A DNA stretch of 64,000 nucleotides from the human T2T-CHM13v2.0 reference genome, Homo sapiens. The notes below the pieces were generated by a model. The model saw only the letters and a list, made by a program, of their open reading frames with translations, ran no database searches and was not told the DNA's origin. Location: NCBI RefSeq assembly GCF_009914755.1, contig NC_060935.1. One strand, written 5' to 3'. The position numbers and the translations under genes were made by a program. Positions 31,708-48,500 of the stretch are shown piece after piece. Positions within the stretch are counted from its first letter, which is position 1; each line of letters opens with the position of its first letter.

Positions 31708-34700
31708 GTGGAGTTGTCAGTGGGAGGCCGGCTGTGCCCAGGGTCCTAGGGCCACGTTATGGGGGTCGTCAGGCCTAGGCCACTGTGCCTCAGGGCTGCA
31801 TGGGTGGTGAGCAGTGGGAGGGATGCGATGGGGGGAGTGGGCTCAGCTGTCTGCTGTGGGTGTTTCCTCGGGGACCTGGCTGGCAGGGACCTCCCGGCCA
31901 GCCCAGAACTGCCAACATGTCTGCCAGCACTGCCCCTCCATTCCCAGTCCTGGGGGGAGGCTCTGTCTGGGCAGCTTGAGGCCTGACCTACTGTGGCTGC
32001 TTCCTCTGCTCCCCAGCCTGGGTCCTGAGGGCCTGGCTTAAGGGAACTGCTGCCAGAAGGCTGGGAGTGTAGGCAGTGTTCGGGTGCCCAGCTGTGCCCT
32101 GTCTGACCTCATGGCCACCCACAAGCTGGCACCCCCCACAGGCCTCTTGGGGAAGCCTGTACTTTCCACCGCCGGAGGCGGGTACCGCGTGGAAGCCAGG
32201 CTCAGGCGGACTCATTCTTTTTGAACTTTGGGAACAGGCCTGGTACAGGCTGAGTTCTCACAAGAGACACACACCCGTGTCACTGTCTCCTGAGCTGTGC
32301 CGGACCCGTCCTACAGACTCCACCTCCTCTAGGTCCTGGCCCTGGCATCTGCCAGGGGGATTTTAAATGAGTTGATATATGCTAAGTGCTTTGAAAGGCG
32401 CCTGCACGGAGGGAGAGCTGTATAAATATTCACTATTGGTAATATTTCTCCCATGCTGTTACTCTCCAAAGCTGCCCGATAATTCTAGAGTGGGTTCCGG
32501 GGACGTGCCCGCTGTTTGGGGCCTAGAAATGAACTCGGGAGGTTGTTTTGCTTGCTGAGAGCTGGTCTGGGAATGCCCCTTGACCGTTCCCTGCCCTGCT
32601 CCTGGCCCACTCCCAGACTGCTCCTGTGCCTGGCCCCATTGCGCTGGGTGGGTGATCCTAAGCTGCCCCATGGGCCCTGGGCTCTGTCAAGACATGGGGA
32701 GCTTGCCAGGAGTTGGGGCCAGATCCCCCAGACTCCAAGATGGTAACCGAGGTTGTGAGGGTGCACATGGAAGGAAGAGTTAGAAGAGTGAATTGGAAAT
32801 TGCCAGCTTGGACTTTGGGCAGAGTGGGTGTCTTTAGCTTGGGGATGGGTTGTTGTTCAGAGACAACAGGGCCGCCTTCTCTGTGAGCTGGCGGCCCAGG
32901 CTGAGGTGCCTCTGGGCTGCCTTCCCTACGGGAAGCAGTGACTGGCCCTCTGCTTCTCAGGAAGAGAGTGCCGTGCCCCCGCCAGCCTCCCAACCTCGTT
33001 AGACTCCTAGAATCCGGTTTTCTGGATAGAACTAAGAATCTGCTCCTTTCTGGACTTTTAATCCTGGAAAGGGCTCCCTTCCCCAGCAGGAGCAGAGAGA
33101 CCAAACCCCCTTTCTGTGCTCCATCTTGAGCTGTCATTCTGTCCTAACTCCCCACTGGCCACCATCTGCCCTTGCTTTGGGGGCTACCCCAGGTCTGACT
33201 TGGGCACGTTCTCTGGGTCTCTCCTCAGAGAGGCTGCTCCTGGGGTTGTCCCAATGGAATTGGGAATTCTTCTCAGAATGGCTCAAAGGTTTGCACCATC
33301 TGTTGGAGGGAAGGGATCCCTCTATCTTGGACTAATACAAATGTTTCCGTGCCTGCCAAGTTCCAGACCCTGGGCCGATAGGGAAAGGAGCTGGCTGGGG
33401 GGCCTGCAGGGGATGGAGAGGGAGCTTGGGCCCCAAGTGGGGTCTGAAGTCCAAGCCTACAGATTGCCATCAAGGCAGCCGCTAGAGCCTAGCCCAGCTC
33501 CTGGCCCCTCGGAGATGGACCTTAGATGCTGGAGAGCGGGGCAGTCCAGCAGTGCAGGGTGGGACACCCCGAGCAAACAGCCCCTGCTTCCTGCCCCCTC
33601 AGTTCAGTCGCACTGGGCCGGCTGGACGTTTCCCTGCAACAGGCCCCTGCTGGTGGTTTAGCTCCCGCTCCGTGTTTCCCTCACGCTGGGATCCTCCTTC
33701 CTACTCAAGACCCACGACCTTGACCTGAAGCTTTTGGTTGCCGGGAGGAAATGGTGAGTGTAGGCAGATTTGGGTGACTCTTGTTATTAACCCCCTCTTC
33801 TTTGTTGCCCCCTTCCCAGAGGCTTCTGTATGAGTGTCCTGAGTGGCCCTGGATGGACTACTGGCTGTCCCTGGCCTCAGAATCACCCCAACCCCTGCCA
33901 CATTTCGGGGAGGGAGGTGTGTGAATGATGTCCTTTATTCTACAGACTGAGGAAGTGGTCAGTGTAGCTTCACGTGAGAGCAGCAGCGTGCGATGCCCAG
34001 GCCCTAGCCAAGTGCTGGTCAGCTTTCTGACTGGAGCCCCTGAGCCCTGCAGGGGCTGAATTCCCCCAAAGGTTGCTTGGGTTGTTGCATTTCGGGGTTA
34101 GAGGGTGTGGGTGTCCAGAGCTGTGGGTTTTTAGTGTTGGCTGAGCCCTTTACCTGGGACCTACAGCCTGGCCACAACCCCATCTCTGTTCCCCTGTACC
34201 CCACACTGCCCTGTGATAGGATGTGATAAGATGGTAGGATTGCCTATACTGAAGCCCTGGGTGCCACTGCTGGCCCAGCAGGGAGGAGGTTGCTGCTGCT
34301 CGGGCTGAAGTGAGGTGTGGGTCTGGCTGGGCCTCCAGTTTCCCACCTGGGCCTTGATTGTGAGGAAGGCCTGGCCTGGCTGCAGAAGCCCAGAAGCACC
34401 TGAGTAGGAGAGTTCCTTTGTCCCACCTGCAGCTCATTCAAGCCTGTGCATGGGGGTTGGGGTCCTCAGGATCTTGCTTTCCTGTTTAGGGGAGGCAGCC
34501 CCAAAGAGTGCTGGGACCAGTTTGGAGAGTGCTAAGGAATGCTGGTCTGCAGCGACCCTACTTGTGCTCTGCGTCCTCTGCCAACTGCAGCATGGGTGAA
34601 CATCTGTACATCTGTCCCCATAATGAAAATGGCCTCAGCAAATAACAAAAATATTACCATTTAGCAATCAGGCACTTATTAAAAGCCTGGCCCAATAAAC

Positions 34701-35739
34701 TTAAAAAAAAAAAAAAGATGTGCTAGACACTTTACGTCCCTTCATGTGAGCTTCACACAACCCTGTAATTAAGCCCATTTATAAATGAAGAAATGGAGGA
34801 TTGAAGGATTAAGTTACTTGGCCAAGGTCATACAGCTCGTAAGCAGCTGAGCTAGGACTCAAATCCAGGCTTGCTTCCAAAACCTTCACTTTTCAGCCCA
34901 GTTCTCAACTGCCCCCTGGAGTTTGCTCATTTTGCCCCATGAAGAAACAGATCCCAGCTCAAAGGCGTGAAGGGGTTTGCTCAAGGCCACAGTGTATTAG
35001 TGTCAAAGGTGGAACACAAACCCTGACCTCTGAGTGCTCTCCCGAACCCCACATCCCGGCCGGGCCGTACCCTGAGCACACGCTTGTCCGCTTTCTCAGC
35101 TGGGCGGGGCGGGGCAGGACAAGGTTCTTCTCCCTCCCTCCTTCCCTCCTTCCCTCCTTCCCTCCTTCCCCGTGGGCCCTCCCAGCCTCCCCAGCCCCCA
35201 CCTCTGCTGCTTTCCCTTGGCAATTGCTTCCATCTGGCCTGCCTGCAGCTCCTATTCCTTTGGAAATGTGGCTGCCGCCCACATGGCTGCAAGGCAACCA
35301 CGGCCACACGTGGGGAAGGGGAGGGGCCCTATGGGGTCTAAGCACAGGGAACCCAGCCAAAGTGGCTGCTCCTGGCGTCTGGCATCCTGATTCCTGCCAG
35401 GCAGAAGCACCTTGGCTGCCTGGCCCTCCTTGATGCCCGTCCTGGGCTGGCTCAAGGCCAGAGAGGCTCCCAAAGACCCAATTCTCCTTCCAACATGGTG
35501 AGCTGTTTTGCCCACAGACAAGCTCCGCACCGGCAGCCCTCCCTGTCTCTTAGAGGTTGCTCAGGTTGGGAGGAGGGATTCCTGGCAGGAGAGAATTAGG
35601 GGCCAGCCGGGGTATACCCTGGGTTCCCACTGGGTTCTGATCATTTGGAGGGAAGTCATGCAAGGGACTGACGAGGGCAGAGGCTGAGGGATCCGCGGAG
35701 TTCTGGGCAGGCGAGGAGGCAGCTGACTTGCTCATGACT

Positions 35740-36126
35740 GTGGGTATGCGCCACCACACTAGGCTAATTTTTCTATTTTTTGTAGATACAGGGTTTTGCC
35801 ATGTTGCCCAGGCTGGTTTTTGTTTGTTTGTTTTGTTTTGTTTTTGAGACAGAGTTTTGCTCTTGTTTCCTAGGCTGGAGTGCAGTGGCGCGATCTCGGC
35901 TAACTGCAACCTCCATCTTCTGGTTTCAAGTTATTCTCCTGCCTCAGCCTCCTGAGTAGCTGAGATTACAGGCACCCGCCACCACGCCTGGCTAATTTTT
36001 GTACTTTTAGTAGAGACAGGGTTTCATCATGTTGGCCAGGCTGGTCTCGAACTCCTGACCTTGTGATCCGCCCACCTCAGCCTCCCAAAGTGCTGGGATT
36101 ACAGGCGTGAGCCACCGTGCCCAGCC
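35740..36126 (-). mobile_element. AluS plus an adjacent Alu fragment
   Basis: Fragment at 35740-35817, followed by a full antisense dimer with a (GTTT)n tail. Confidence 0.9.
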
Positions 36127-37126
36127 GAGCGTGTCTGTCTTGTTCACTGGTGTATTTTCTTAATGCCTGGAATGATGTCTAGCAAACAATAAGCACTCAA
36201 TAGATTCTTGTGTGATGAGTGATGGAAATGCAGCTCAGGTATGCTGATTTGTCTTTGCTGCATCTTTACTTTGCTTCCTCCTCCCAGGGCAAAGGGAAAA
36301 AGTTTCCCTTTTGCCAGTTGAGCTGTTTGCCAGAGAAAGGTCTGGCCCCATCTGTGTGCTGCCACCTTGGGGGTCTCTGTTCAGACCTCAGAGAGGCAGG
36401 CAGGAACCCAGGTGAGGATGGGCAGGAGCTTGTCCCCTGAGGAGTGCATGCCCCATTCCACCCACCACAGGGTCGGCTGGCCACATTTCTCTACCCATCA
36501 CCCCTCCCTAGTAACCTTCAGGTCCCTGCAGACAGGTCCTGACCTCAGCTCCAATCCCTATGTCAGTCCTCTCCTTATTTGAGGCCCAAGAAAGGTACCC
36601 CTACGGTGGAACCCTCACTTGGGCCCTGAGAGGGAGTGACAGCTTTGGAAGAGCGAGGGGTTCACCCACATTTGCCTCCTCCTGAACAGCTCCACTTTTA
36701 TTCCTTGTACATATTGCGTTTCCACTTCAATTTTTTTTTGAAACTGTGACAGAGGGTTTCTTGGCTTTAATTTTTTTTTTTTTTTTGAAAACCCCCATTG
36801 AGTTCCAGTTGTGACCCCCCTGTGGTTCTCATTTTCTGGTAGCATGCCGTGTGGGGTCTCACCTCCTCGCCTTTGCTTCTGCTGCCCCCTCACATGGCTT
36901 GGGCATTGTTGGTAATGACCTTGCTAGACTGCAAATGTCCTTCAGTATCAACTGAAGCCCCAGTCCTGGGAAGCCTCCGTGGCCACCCAGCACCGGCACT
37001 TCCTCCCCCTTCCTCCCCCTGCGTTCTCCACTCCCTGCAGGTCCTATGCCTGTGACAGGGAGGGAACCCTGTGCTGGGGTGACCCCAGCATGGACCTCAG
37101 TGGGGCTCAGGCTGAACCAAAGGTAG

Positions 37127-37928
<802 letters not shown>

Positions 37929-40900
37929 TAATGTTTCAGATAACATCCAGTGCCCGGACTCCAGCACTCTATAAATGCTGGCTGGTGTGCTTTTCTGGGA
38001 TTCCAGGGTGGGGTCCAGAGACTGAAGAGGGTCTGCTTTCTGGCCCAGGGGAAGAGGGGCAGGTGGCTCACTAGGAGCTGTCCTGGCATCCTTTGTCCCC
38101 GTCCACTTACCAGTTATGTGACCTCGGGCAGGTCTTGCACTCTGGCACTCAATTAGCATCTGTGTTAATTGGGGTAAGAGTATCTGCCACGTCTCACAGC
38201 CTGGTGATGGACAAACAAAACAAACATTTTTTAGGCTGGGAGAGGCCTCAGAGGTTGGCTGTCATATTGCAAACGAGGGAGCAGAGACTCAGAAAAGTAA
38301 CTTAGTTGTTTAAGGTCACAGAGCACCTCTCTCCCCACAGGCAGGGAGCCGGTAATTGGGCTGAGCCTCAGGAGTAACCCTTCTCTCTCTGCCTCTCCAG
38401 CCCCTACCTTATGCCTGGCCCATTCAGCTGGTCTGTTCTCCAGGCCCCTAGGACTGGGTGGGCTAAGATGAGTGGTCTAGAAATCCCTCCCCAGCTGGGC
38501 TGGACTGAATGAGGGGCTGGCCGAGGAGCGGGTGTTGATGGAGTATGGGAGATTGTCCTCACAGGCAGTGTGGGCCGTTTCTCTAGACCTCCTGCCCCCA
38601 TCTCCTTCCTGTCCCTGTTTGAGCCGTGCTCTTCTTCTTCAATCCCTTTCTGTCTGCCTTCTCTTTCCACCCCTAGATTTCTCACCATCTTCAGTGATCC
38701 CTCCTCCTTCCTTTCTGCCTCCTCTGCATTCTCTCCTTGCCCTTGCTTCTCTGATCTGCCTTTTTTCTCCAGCCTCAGCATTCAGGTTGTCCTCATAGTG
38801 GAACTGGGACTCTGGGGGTGGCTGGGTTGGGTTGCCTGGAGGCCGGGAATGTTCAGGAGAGCCTTCATTGGGAGCCCATGGGAGCAGGAGTCAGCTCCTC
38901 CTGTTGGCAGCTCCAGCATTTTCGAACAAAAATGGCTCTTCCAGGAGTTGAGTTTGGCGAAGAGACAGTGCCTGCCCAAAGTATGCAATGCTTTTATCTT
39001 TAGCTCAGCTCCTGAGCCCTCATGCAACTCTTTGGACATCTTCCTGCAAAGGACGGTGGGATCTTGTCTTTCTGGGGCCTCAGGGTCTCCAAAGATGGGC
39101 TGACTAAGCTTCCCTAGCCTGGGACCTGAACCCTCCACCCTCCTCTCTCTTGAGCTCTTTCTCCCAGGGGAAGCTGCTCGAATGAGGGGAGTTGGCCAAC
39201 ACAGTTTTCTACTCTCAGACCCCATTGAGGTGAGCACACAACAGTGTTCTGTGTGAGGGTCTGGATACACTCCCCACCCTCCCAGGCCCGGCACCGTGTC
39301 GCCCTGCCCCAGCCCAGAGCTTGCCTCTGTTGGCTTTGTGACCCTCGCTTTGTACTGTGGCTTTGTTCTGCCTTAGGGACCAGCTGGTCCCCTGCTGTGG
39401 TTCCACACAGTGGAGACTGATCCCTGACCACTCATTCAGCTGCCTGGCGGCCCTGGGGCAAGTGTTTGTCCCCCATCTCCCAAAATGGCGGGGTGCAGGG
39501 GCTCCCTGCCCGGAGTCCCAACCCTGCCAAGGCAGAGGGAATGGGGAACAGCTGCGCTGGCCCATTCCGGCTCCATATGGATTTGGTTTGACAACAAAGC
39601 TCCCTCTGTGTGTTCCCAAGCCCCTTACATAACCAGGGGCTGTGGGCAGAGGAGGAAAGGAGGAGGAGGTGGAGATGGGGACCAGGAGACACCAGGATGG
39701 GATGGCTGGAAAGGACACAGGGACCGGGAGGAGAGGGCAGGAGACGAGGGCCAGAGAGGAGGAGAGGGTGGGAGCAGGAGGGGGAAGTGCTGGTCTTGAC
39801 CTCCCAGTTCTGCCTCCTGCTTCCTGGGGAGGGGAGGGTGGAGTCCAGCCACCGACTTCTGCTTGTGGATGCTTTGTCTTCTTTTCTTTGGACCTTTCCC
39901 ACCAGTCCTGGATAGGCTGAGGAGGGGCCGTGGGACCTGTCTGGGGTGAGGTGAGGTCAGGTGTTGGGCTGGATGTGGGAGGCTGTTCCTTGGCCGCAGC
40001 CTGTAACTGAATAAATGCCATTAAAAGGGGAATCCATTTCCTCCCTCACTCCTGGCTTCCATTGCCTTCCCCCAGGCCCCAGCCCTGGTTCCAGAATCCC
40101 TCTGACCACTCCTCTTGTGCTCAGGAGGGCAGAATAACTGCAGCCTTTCCCTGTGCCCTGCCAGGCTGGTCCCGGGCCCCCTCTCAGCCCACTCATCCAG
40201 GGATGCAGCTCTGGCCTTGGCCCACCCCCATCAGAGGGCCTGTGGCCCTGATCACCGCACTCCCCACTCTGTGACCAGACGTTCTCTCCTGAGCATCGCT
40301 GACCCTGCAGCTGTCCAAATAGAGCAAGAAGTGAATGTTCTCTTTGGGGCACAGCTGGACTGGCAGCCCTGCAGGGTCAGGTGAGCTGCCAGTCCTGGGT
40401 GTGTTCTCGGGGGTGGGGGTGGGAGGATCACGTCCTGGGCTGAGATCCCTTCAGCTCCTCCTGGGCAGGAGGAAACAGCCATGCAGGGGCGGCCAGGAGG
40501 ACTGGGTGGCGGGTGGTTCTGGGCTCTCCCAGCTTCGGTTGGGGCTGGGACCCTGGGGGACATGCTCTCCTGGGTGTTCCCAGGCTCTGTGTTTGGCCTG
40601 TGCCTCAGTGTGTGGGTTTTCTGGCACCAGGCTTCCTTGGGAAGAGCCTCTGGTTGTGCACCAGCCCTGAGGGTGGGGCTCATCCCAGGCTGCAGGGGAC
40701 TGAGGGCCGAGCTCTTCCACCTTGAGGACAAGGATGGTTCCTCAGGGCTGGGAGGAGGAGGAGGCGCTGGCCAGGACCTTAGATTACGCAGGGCATGGTG
40801 TTGGGGCCTCACAGATGATGGAGAAGCCAGAGTTCAGGCACTTGGCATGACCCCTGGCATCGCCTTCAGTTGATTTAGTGTCTCTGCCCTGGGATATTCC

Positions 40901-43270
40901 ATGGGACCCTGGGCTGGCTTCTGTGTGCAGAGGTGGGTGTGGGCCATAGCCCAGACCTGTTGAACCAGTTGTAGGCTCTGGAATCCTCTGTCCCCAGGTA
41001 GTGACCAGGCCCTGACAGGCGGGAATCTGTCCCTCCCATCACCCTCCCAGTTATGGGTGCAGATGACCCTGAAATTGCTAAAGCCTCAGGGCTTGAGCCC
41101 AGAAAGTGTGAGCAGGCTGGTGGGGCAGCTGGAGGAAGGCCTTGCAGGTTCCTGGATTTGGGTGCCGGGTGGGCTGAGAGGACAGTCCCTGTCACTGGGA
41201 CTGGGCACAGGTGCAGAGAGGCTGAGACGGGCCCAGAGGACAGTGAGTGTGTGTTGTGTGGGCGCCGGGCCAGGAAGTGCCCTCCATGGGGCAGCAGGCT
41301 CTGCAGTACCCTCGGCCAAATGGCCACAGGCTGCCCTGGGACACTCTCCAGGCCTGCTGGGGACACACCTGTGGGGCTCATAGGCGTGGCTGGGTCTCCT
41401 CTCAGGTGCCAGAATCTTTCTGGGAGCTGAGCCTGGCTGGGCAGAGGGCGAGGAGCCCAGGATTCCCCTTTCCGTGACTTTGGAGGAACGAGGTTCCTGA
41501 GGGCTGGCACAGCCACTCCCTGCCCCTTAGAGGCTCCGGGCTGCCTGGTGATAGCTCCCAGGGACCTGCAAGCTGACAAACAAAGTCTATACGAGCCAGA
41601 GCTGGGGTGGGAGGAACCCAGTGGGCCTGGGGGAGGTAAAGCAGCAGCAGCTGCTGTAGCTGAGCCCGGCCCACGGCCAGCCCTGAGGAATGGAGGAAGA
41701 GAGTGCCCTGGCTGGGGGAGCCCCTCAAGCCCTGGAAGCTGTATGTGGGCATGGGGTGGTGGGGGCGTGCAGAGAGGAGGAGGACTGAGAGCTGGGTGTG
41801 TGTGTGCGCATGCCTGTGTCTGTGTGATCTGGTTCCCGGGTGTCTGAGTAGGGACCAATGTGTTTGTGCTGGAGAAGCCTGTGTAGGTTACTGACATGGG
41901 GAGGGGTGGGGCTTGCTTTCCTCACCCCGCTTCCCACGTCTTCATTGAGTCCTCATCTGGGGGCCCTGTTCCACTCTCCTTCCCGTGTGCAGGGCCCTCC
42001 CCTCTGGCGAGTCTGCCTCTCACTCGCTCAGCCCCTTTAACCCTGCTGGCTCCTAATGAGACTTCAGGTGTGGACCCTCGAACCCTCAGCTGCACAGGTC
42101 TGGAAACATCCTTGTTCATCAAGCACCAGGCTGACCATGGTGTCCGTCTCAGTGCCCAGCAGATGTTCTGGTGAGGGGAGGCGGGAGTGCAAGGTCTGCC
42201 GAGTGAGGGTTCCTTCCGGGAGGAGGCAGGGTGAGCGCAGAAACCACTGCTCCAAAACTCTTAAAAGCAGAGCCGAGAGCCTGAATTCAGAGGCTGTACT
42301 GTGGGGCAGGGCTGGAATTTGTGGCACCTGCAGGGCTGAACGTTGCCTTTGCTGTCCCTGCTTGGGGATTTTGGGGTACTGGGTTTGGATAGAGTGTGTC
42401 ATCTGCAGAGGGAGCACTGTTCTGGAAGTGGACTCTGCTCAGGTGTGGGGGGCCTGCCTGTAGGGGGCACCGTGGTGGAGATGGAGCACCGCTCATGACA
42501 GGAGGCTGGTGTCTGGTCAGGCTGAGGGATCCGTGTGCCAGCCCTTCTGGGAAGGCTGAATGGGGCGGAACTGGTCAGGGCCTGGCACCAACTCCAGGAG
42601 GTGCTACACCCAGACAGACAGATGGAAAGCCACCTCCCTAGAGGCCTCCTCCCCCTCCCCTTCTGCATGCCACCACACCCCAGCAGCGTCTCCTGAGGCT
42701 GGGCCATGGGTGAATCTGAGTCGAGGGCAGGGCAGAGTGGGAGTGGCAGTGCCTCTGCCTGTCTCCCTGGCCGTGGCAGGTCCTTTGTCACGTATGGACC
42801 AGGAGAGGTGAGTATGATTGTGGTAGTGGTGGGGGCAGTGGCTGAGGACCCCTCTCTTTGCTGGGCTGGGGCAGAGCTTGAATGGAGAGGGGCTGCCTTG
42901 TGCCTGGGAAGGGAGGACCAGGTGTCGCTGGTACCTTCCAGGTCCTGAATGCTTGTTCTGTGCCTAGCCCCTGCTGAGGCTGCGGACGTTACAAACCAGG
43001 ATGTGTTTTGAGGCTCAGGACACCTCTGAGGACTTGCTGCTGTTACCCCCATTTAAAAGACGAGGACTCTGAAGATCTGAGGTGCATAGAGTGTAGGGAT
43101 TAAAAGTAGTTCTGGCTGAATTTTAAATCCTGGTTCCACCATTTTTGAGCTCTCTGATCTTGGGACCCTTAATGTATTTGCTCTGTGCCTCAGTTTCCCC
43201 ATCTGTAAATGAGAATGAAAGAGTAATCCCACATCCATTGGTTGAAAACTTCAATAAGATTATGCATAGC

Positions 43271-43567
43271 AGGCCGGGTGTGGTGGCTCACACCAGTAAT
43301 CCCAGCACTTTGGGAGGCCAAGGCAGGTGGATCACTTGAGGTCAGGATTTTGAGACCAGCCTGGTCAACATGGTGAAACCCCATCTCTACTAAAAGTACA
43401 ACAATTAGCTGGACATAATGGCGCGCGCCTGTGATCCCAGCTACTTGGGAGGCTGAGCAGGAGAATCCTTTGAATTCAGGAGGTGGAGGTTGCAGTGAGC
43501 CAAGATCACGCCACTGCACTCCAGTCTGGACCACAGAGTGAGACTGTCTCACAAAAAAAAAAAAAAA
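43271..43567 (+). mobile_element. AluS specific to duplicate copy A
   Basis: TSD aagattatgca(t/c)agca; empty site in copy B at about 61096-61110. Confidence 0.92.
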
Positions 43568-43623
43568 GATTATGCACAGCACCTGCAGCACAGCCCCAGG
43601 GATGATTTTTAAAAGTGAATCCA

Positions 43624-43748
43624 GGGCCAGGTGTGGTGGCTCATGCCTGTAATCCCAGCACTTGGGGAGGCTGAGACAGGATTACCTGACATCAGGAGTC
43701 AGTGACCAGCCTGGCCAATATGGTGAAACCCCATCTCTACTAAAAAGA
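43624..43748 (+). mobile_element. Alu left-arm fragment in copy A
   Basis: ggccaggtgtggtggctcatgcc through to ctctactaaaaa, then non-Alu sequence. Same position as the monomer at 61151 in copy B. Confidence 0.85.
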
Positions 43749-44654
43749 AATCCCAGATTCTGCCATGCCACAGTGTCCAAGTCAGTCACCTGCTCGCAGT
43801 CGGCCCTCAGGCCCTGTGGCTCCTGTTTCTGCTGACTTGTCCAGCCTCACAGTCTGGGGAGGCCTTGGGGTCCCCAGCCTGCGCTGGGACAGGGGTATTA
43901 TTCCGTCAGCCCTTCTGTGGAACAAGTAGGGAAGGAGTGATGTGACCTCCGTGGCTCTCCTGGGACACAGGTTAGTCCTGTGGGTGACCTCACTTTAGAG
44001 AGGGCTGGCCAGCTGTGCCGGAATTAGGAAGTGGGTACAGCTGGACAAAAGGTGGCTGGAGCCAGCTCTACAGAAGCCACACCTGCTCATGAGAAGGGTA
44101 TCCTTGTGAGTACAGGGGAAATGGCATGGAGAAAGACAAACACTGGTGGGTGGCTCTGCCAGCTTCCCCTGGGGTGCTTCTGGCGATGCCCAGGCCTTTG
44201 CACGCTCAGATCTTTGCACCCCACTGTTTTAACTTGGAGAGGAGAGGAGGAAGTTAGCTGCTCTGAATGGTGTTGCTGCTAATCTCTACAGCACTTTCCT
44301 GTAAATTAGGAACGGTAACACACACACCCCTCCCCCACCCCGTTGGAGAAGCCCTGCACCAGAGCATACAGTTTGGCAAGTAGGGGGAGGGCTGGAGCCC
44401 AGCCTCACTTGCCACCCTGGCCAGGCCGTGATTGCCCAGGGTGCATACTGTGGCTGGTGCTCTGCCACCTGCTGTTTCTGTCCTCAGGGTAGGACACAAG
44501 GAGGGCAAGTAGGGCTAGTCAGTGAGAGGCACAGGTGATGCGTGTTCTAGGGCTTGAGATCAGCTGCTTCCATTTCAGTAATTGTCTTTGGAGGTACGTT
44601 GTTTGCTCAAGCAACCTCCCTTCAAGATAGTGCCTTTTTCTTTCTCTCTCTCTC

Positions 44655-44951
44655 TTTTTTTTGGGGGGGGGAGGCAGAGTTTTACTCTTGTCGCCCAGGC
44701 TGGAGCACAGTGGTGTGATCTCGGCTCACTGCAACCTCGGCCTCCTGGATTCAAGCGATTCTCATGCCTCAGCCTCCCGAGTAGCTGGGATTACACGTGT
44801 GTGCCACCACGCCCTGCTAATTTTTGTATTTTTAGTAAAGATAGGGTTTCCCCATGTTGGCCAGGCTGGTCTCGATCTCCTGACCTCAGGTGATCCGCTC
44901 GCCTGGCCTCCCAAAGTGCTGGGACTATAGGCATGAGCCACCGTGCTGGCT
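44655..44951 (-). mobile_element. AluS specific to duplicate copy A
   Basis: TSD gatagtgcc; empty site ccagatagtgccatttt in copy B at about 62620. Confidence 0.92.
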
Positions 44952-45069
44952 GATAGTGCCATTTTTTAAAATCCCTATTTACCCAGTGGAAAACCTGAGA
45001 CCCGGAAAGGTCATTCACACTCCCAGAAGTGATGGTTGGTCCAGAATTCAGGTCCAAGTGTGAGACTTC

Positions 45070-48500
<3,431 letters not shown>

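Larger units (their letters stand above)
30740..31720. promoter_or_regulatory. CpG island, bidirectional promoter region (ST3GAL4 +, GSEC -)
   Basis: Very high GC and CpG density compared with CpG-depleted flanks; clustered GC boxes (ccccgccccgc at about 31224; ggggcggggcggggcgggg at 31281-31299). Confidence 0.92.

Noticed and set aside
30442-31810. Many overlapping Pro/Arg/Gly-rich ORFs
   Set aside because: Expected from stop-codon scarcity in a CpG island; none resembles a sialyltransferase.
40875-41897. 340 aa minus-strand ORF with a counterpart at 58089-58958
   Set aside because: The similarity only reflects DNA identity of the duplicated core; the frames diverge outside it and no domain is recognisable.
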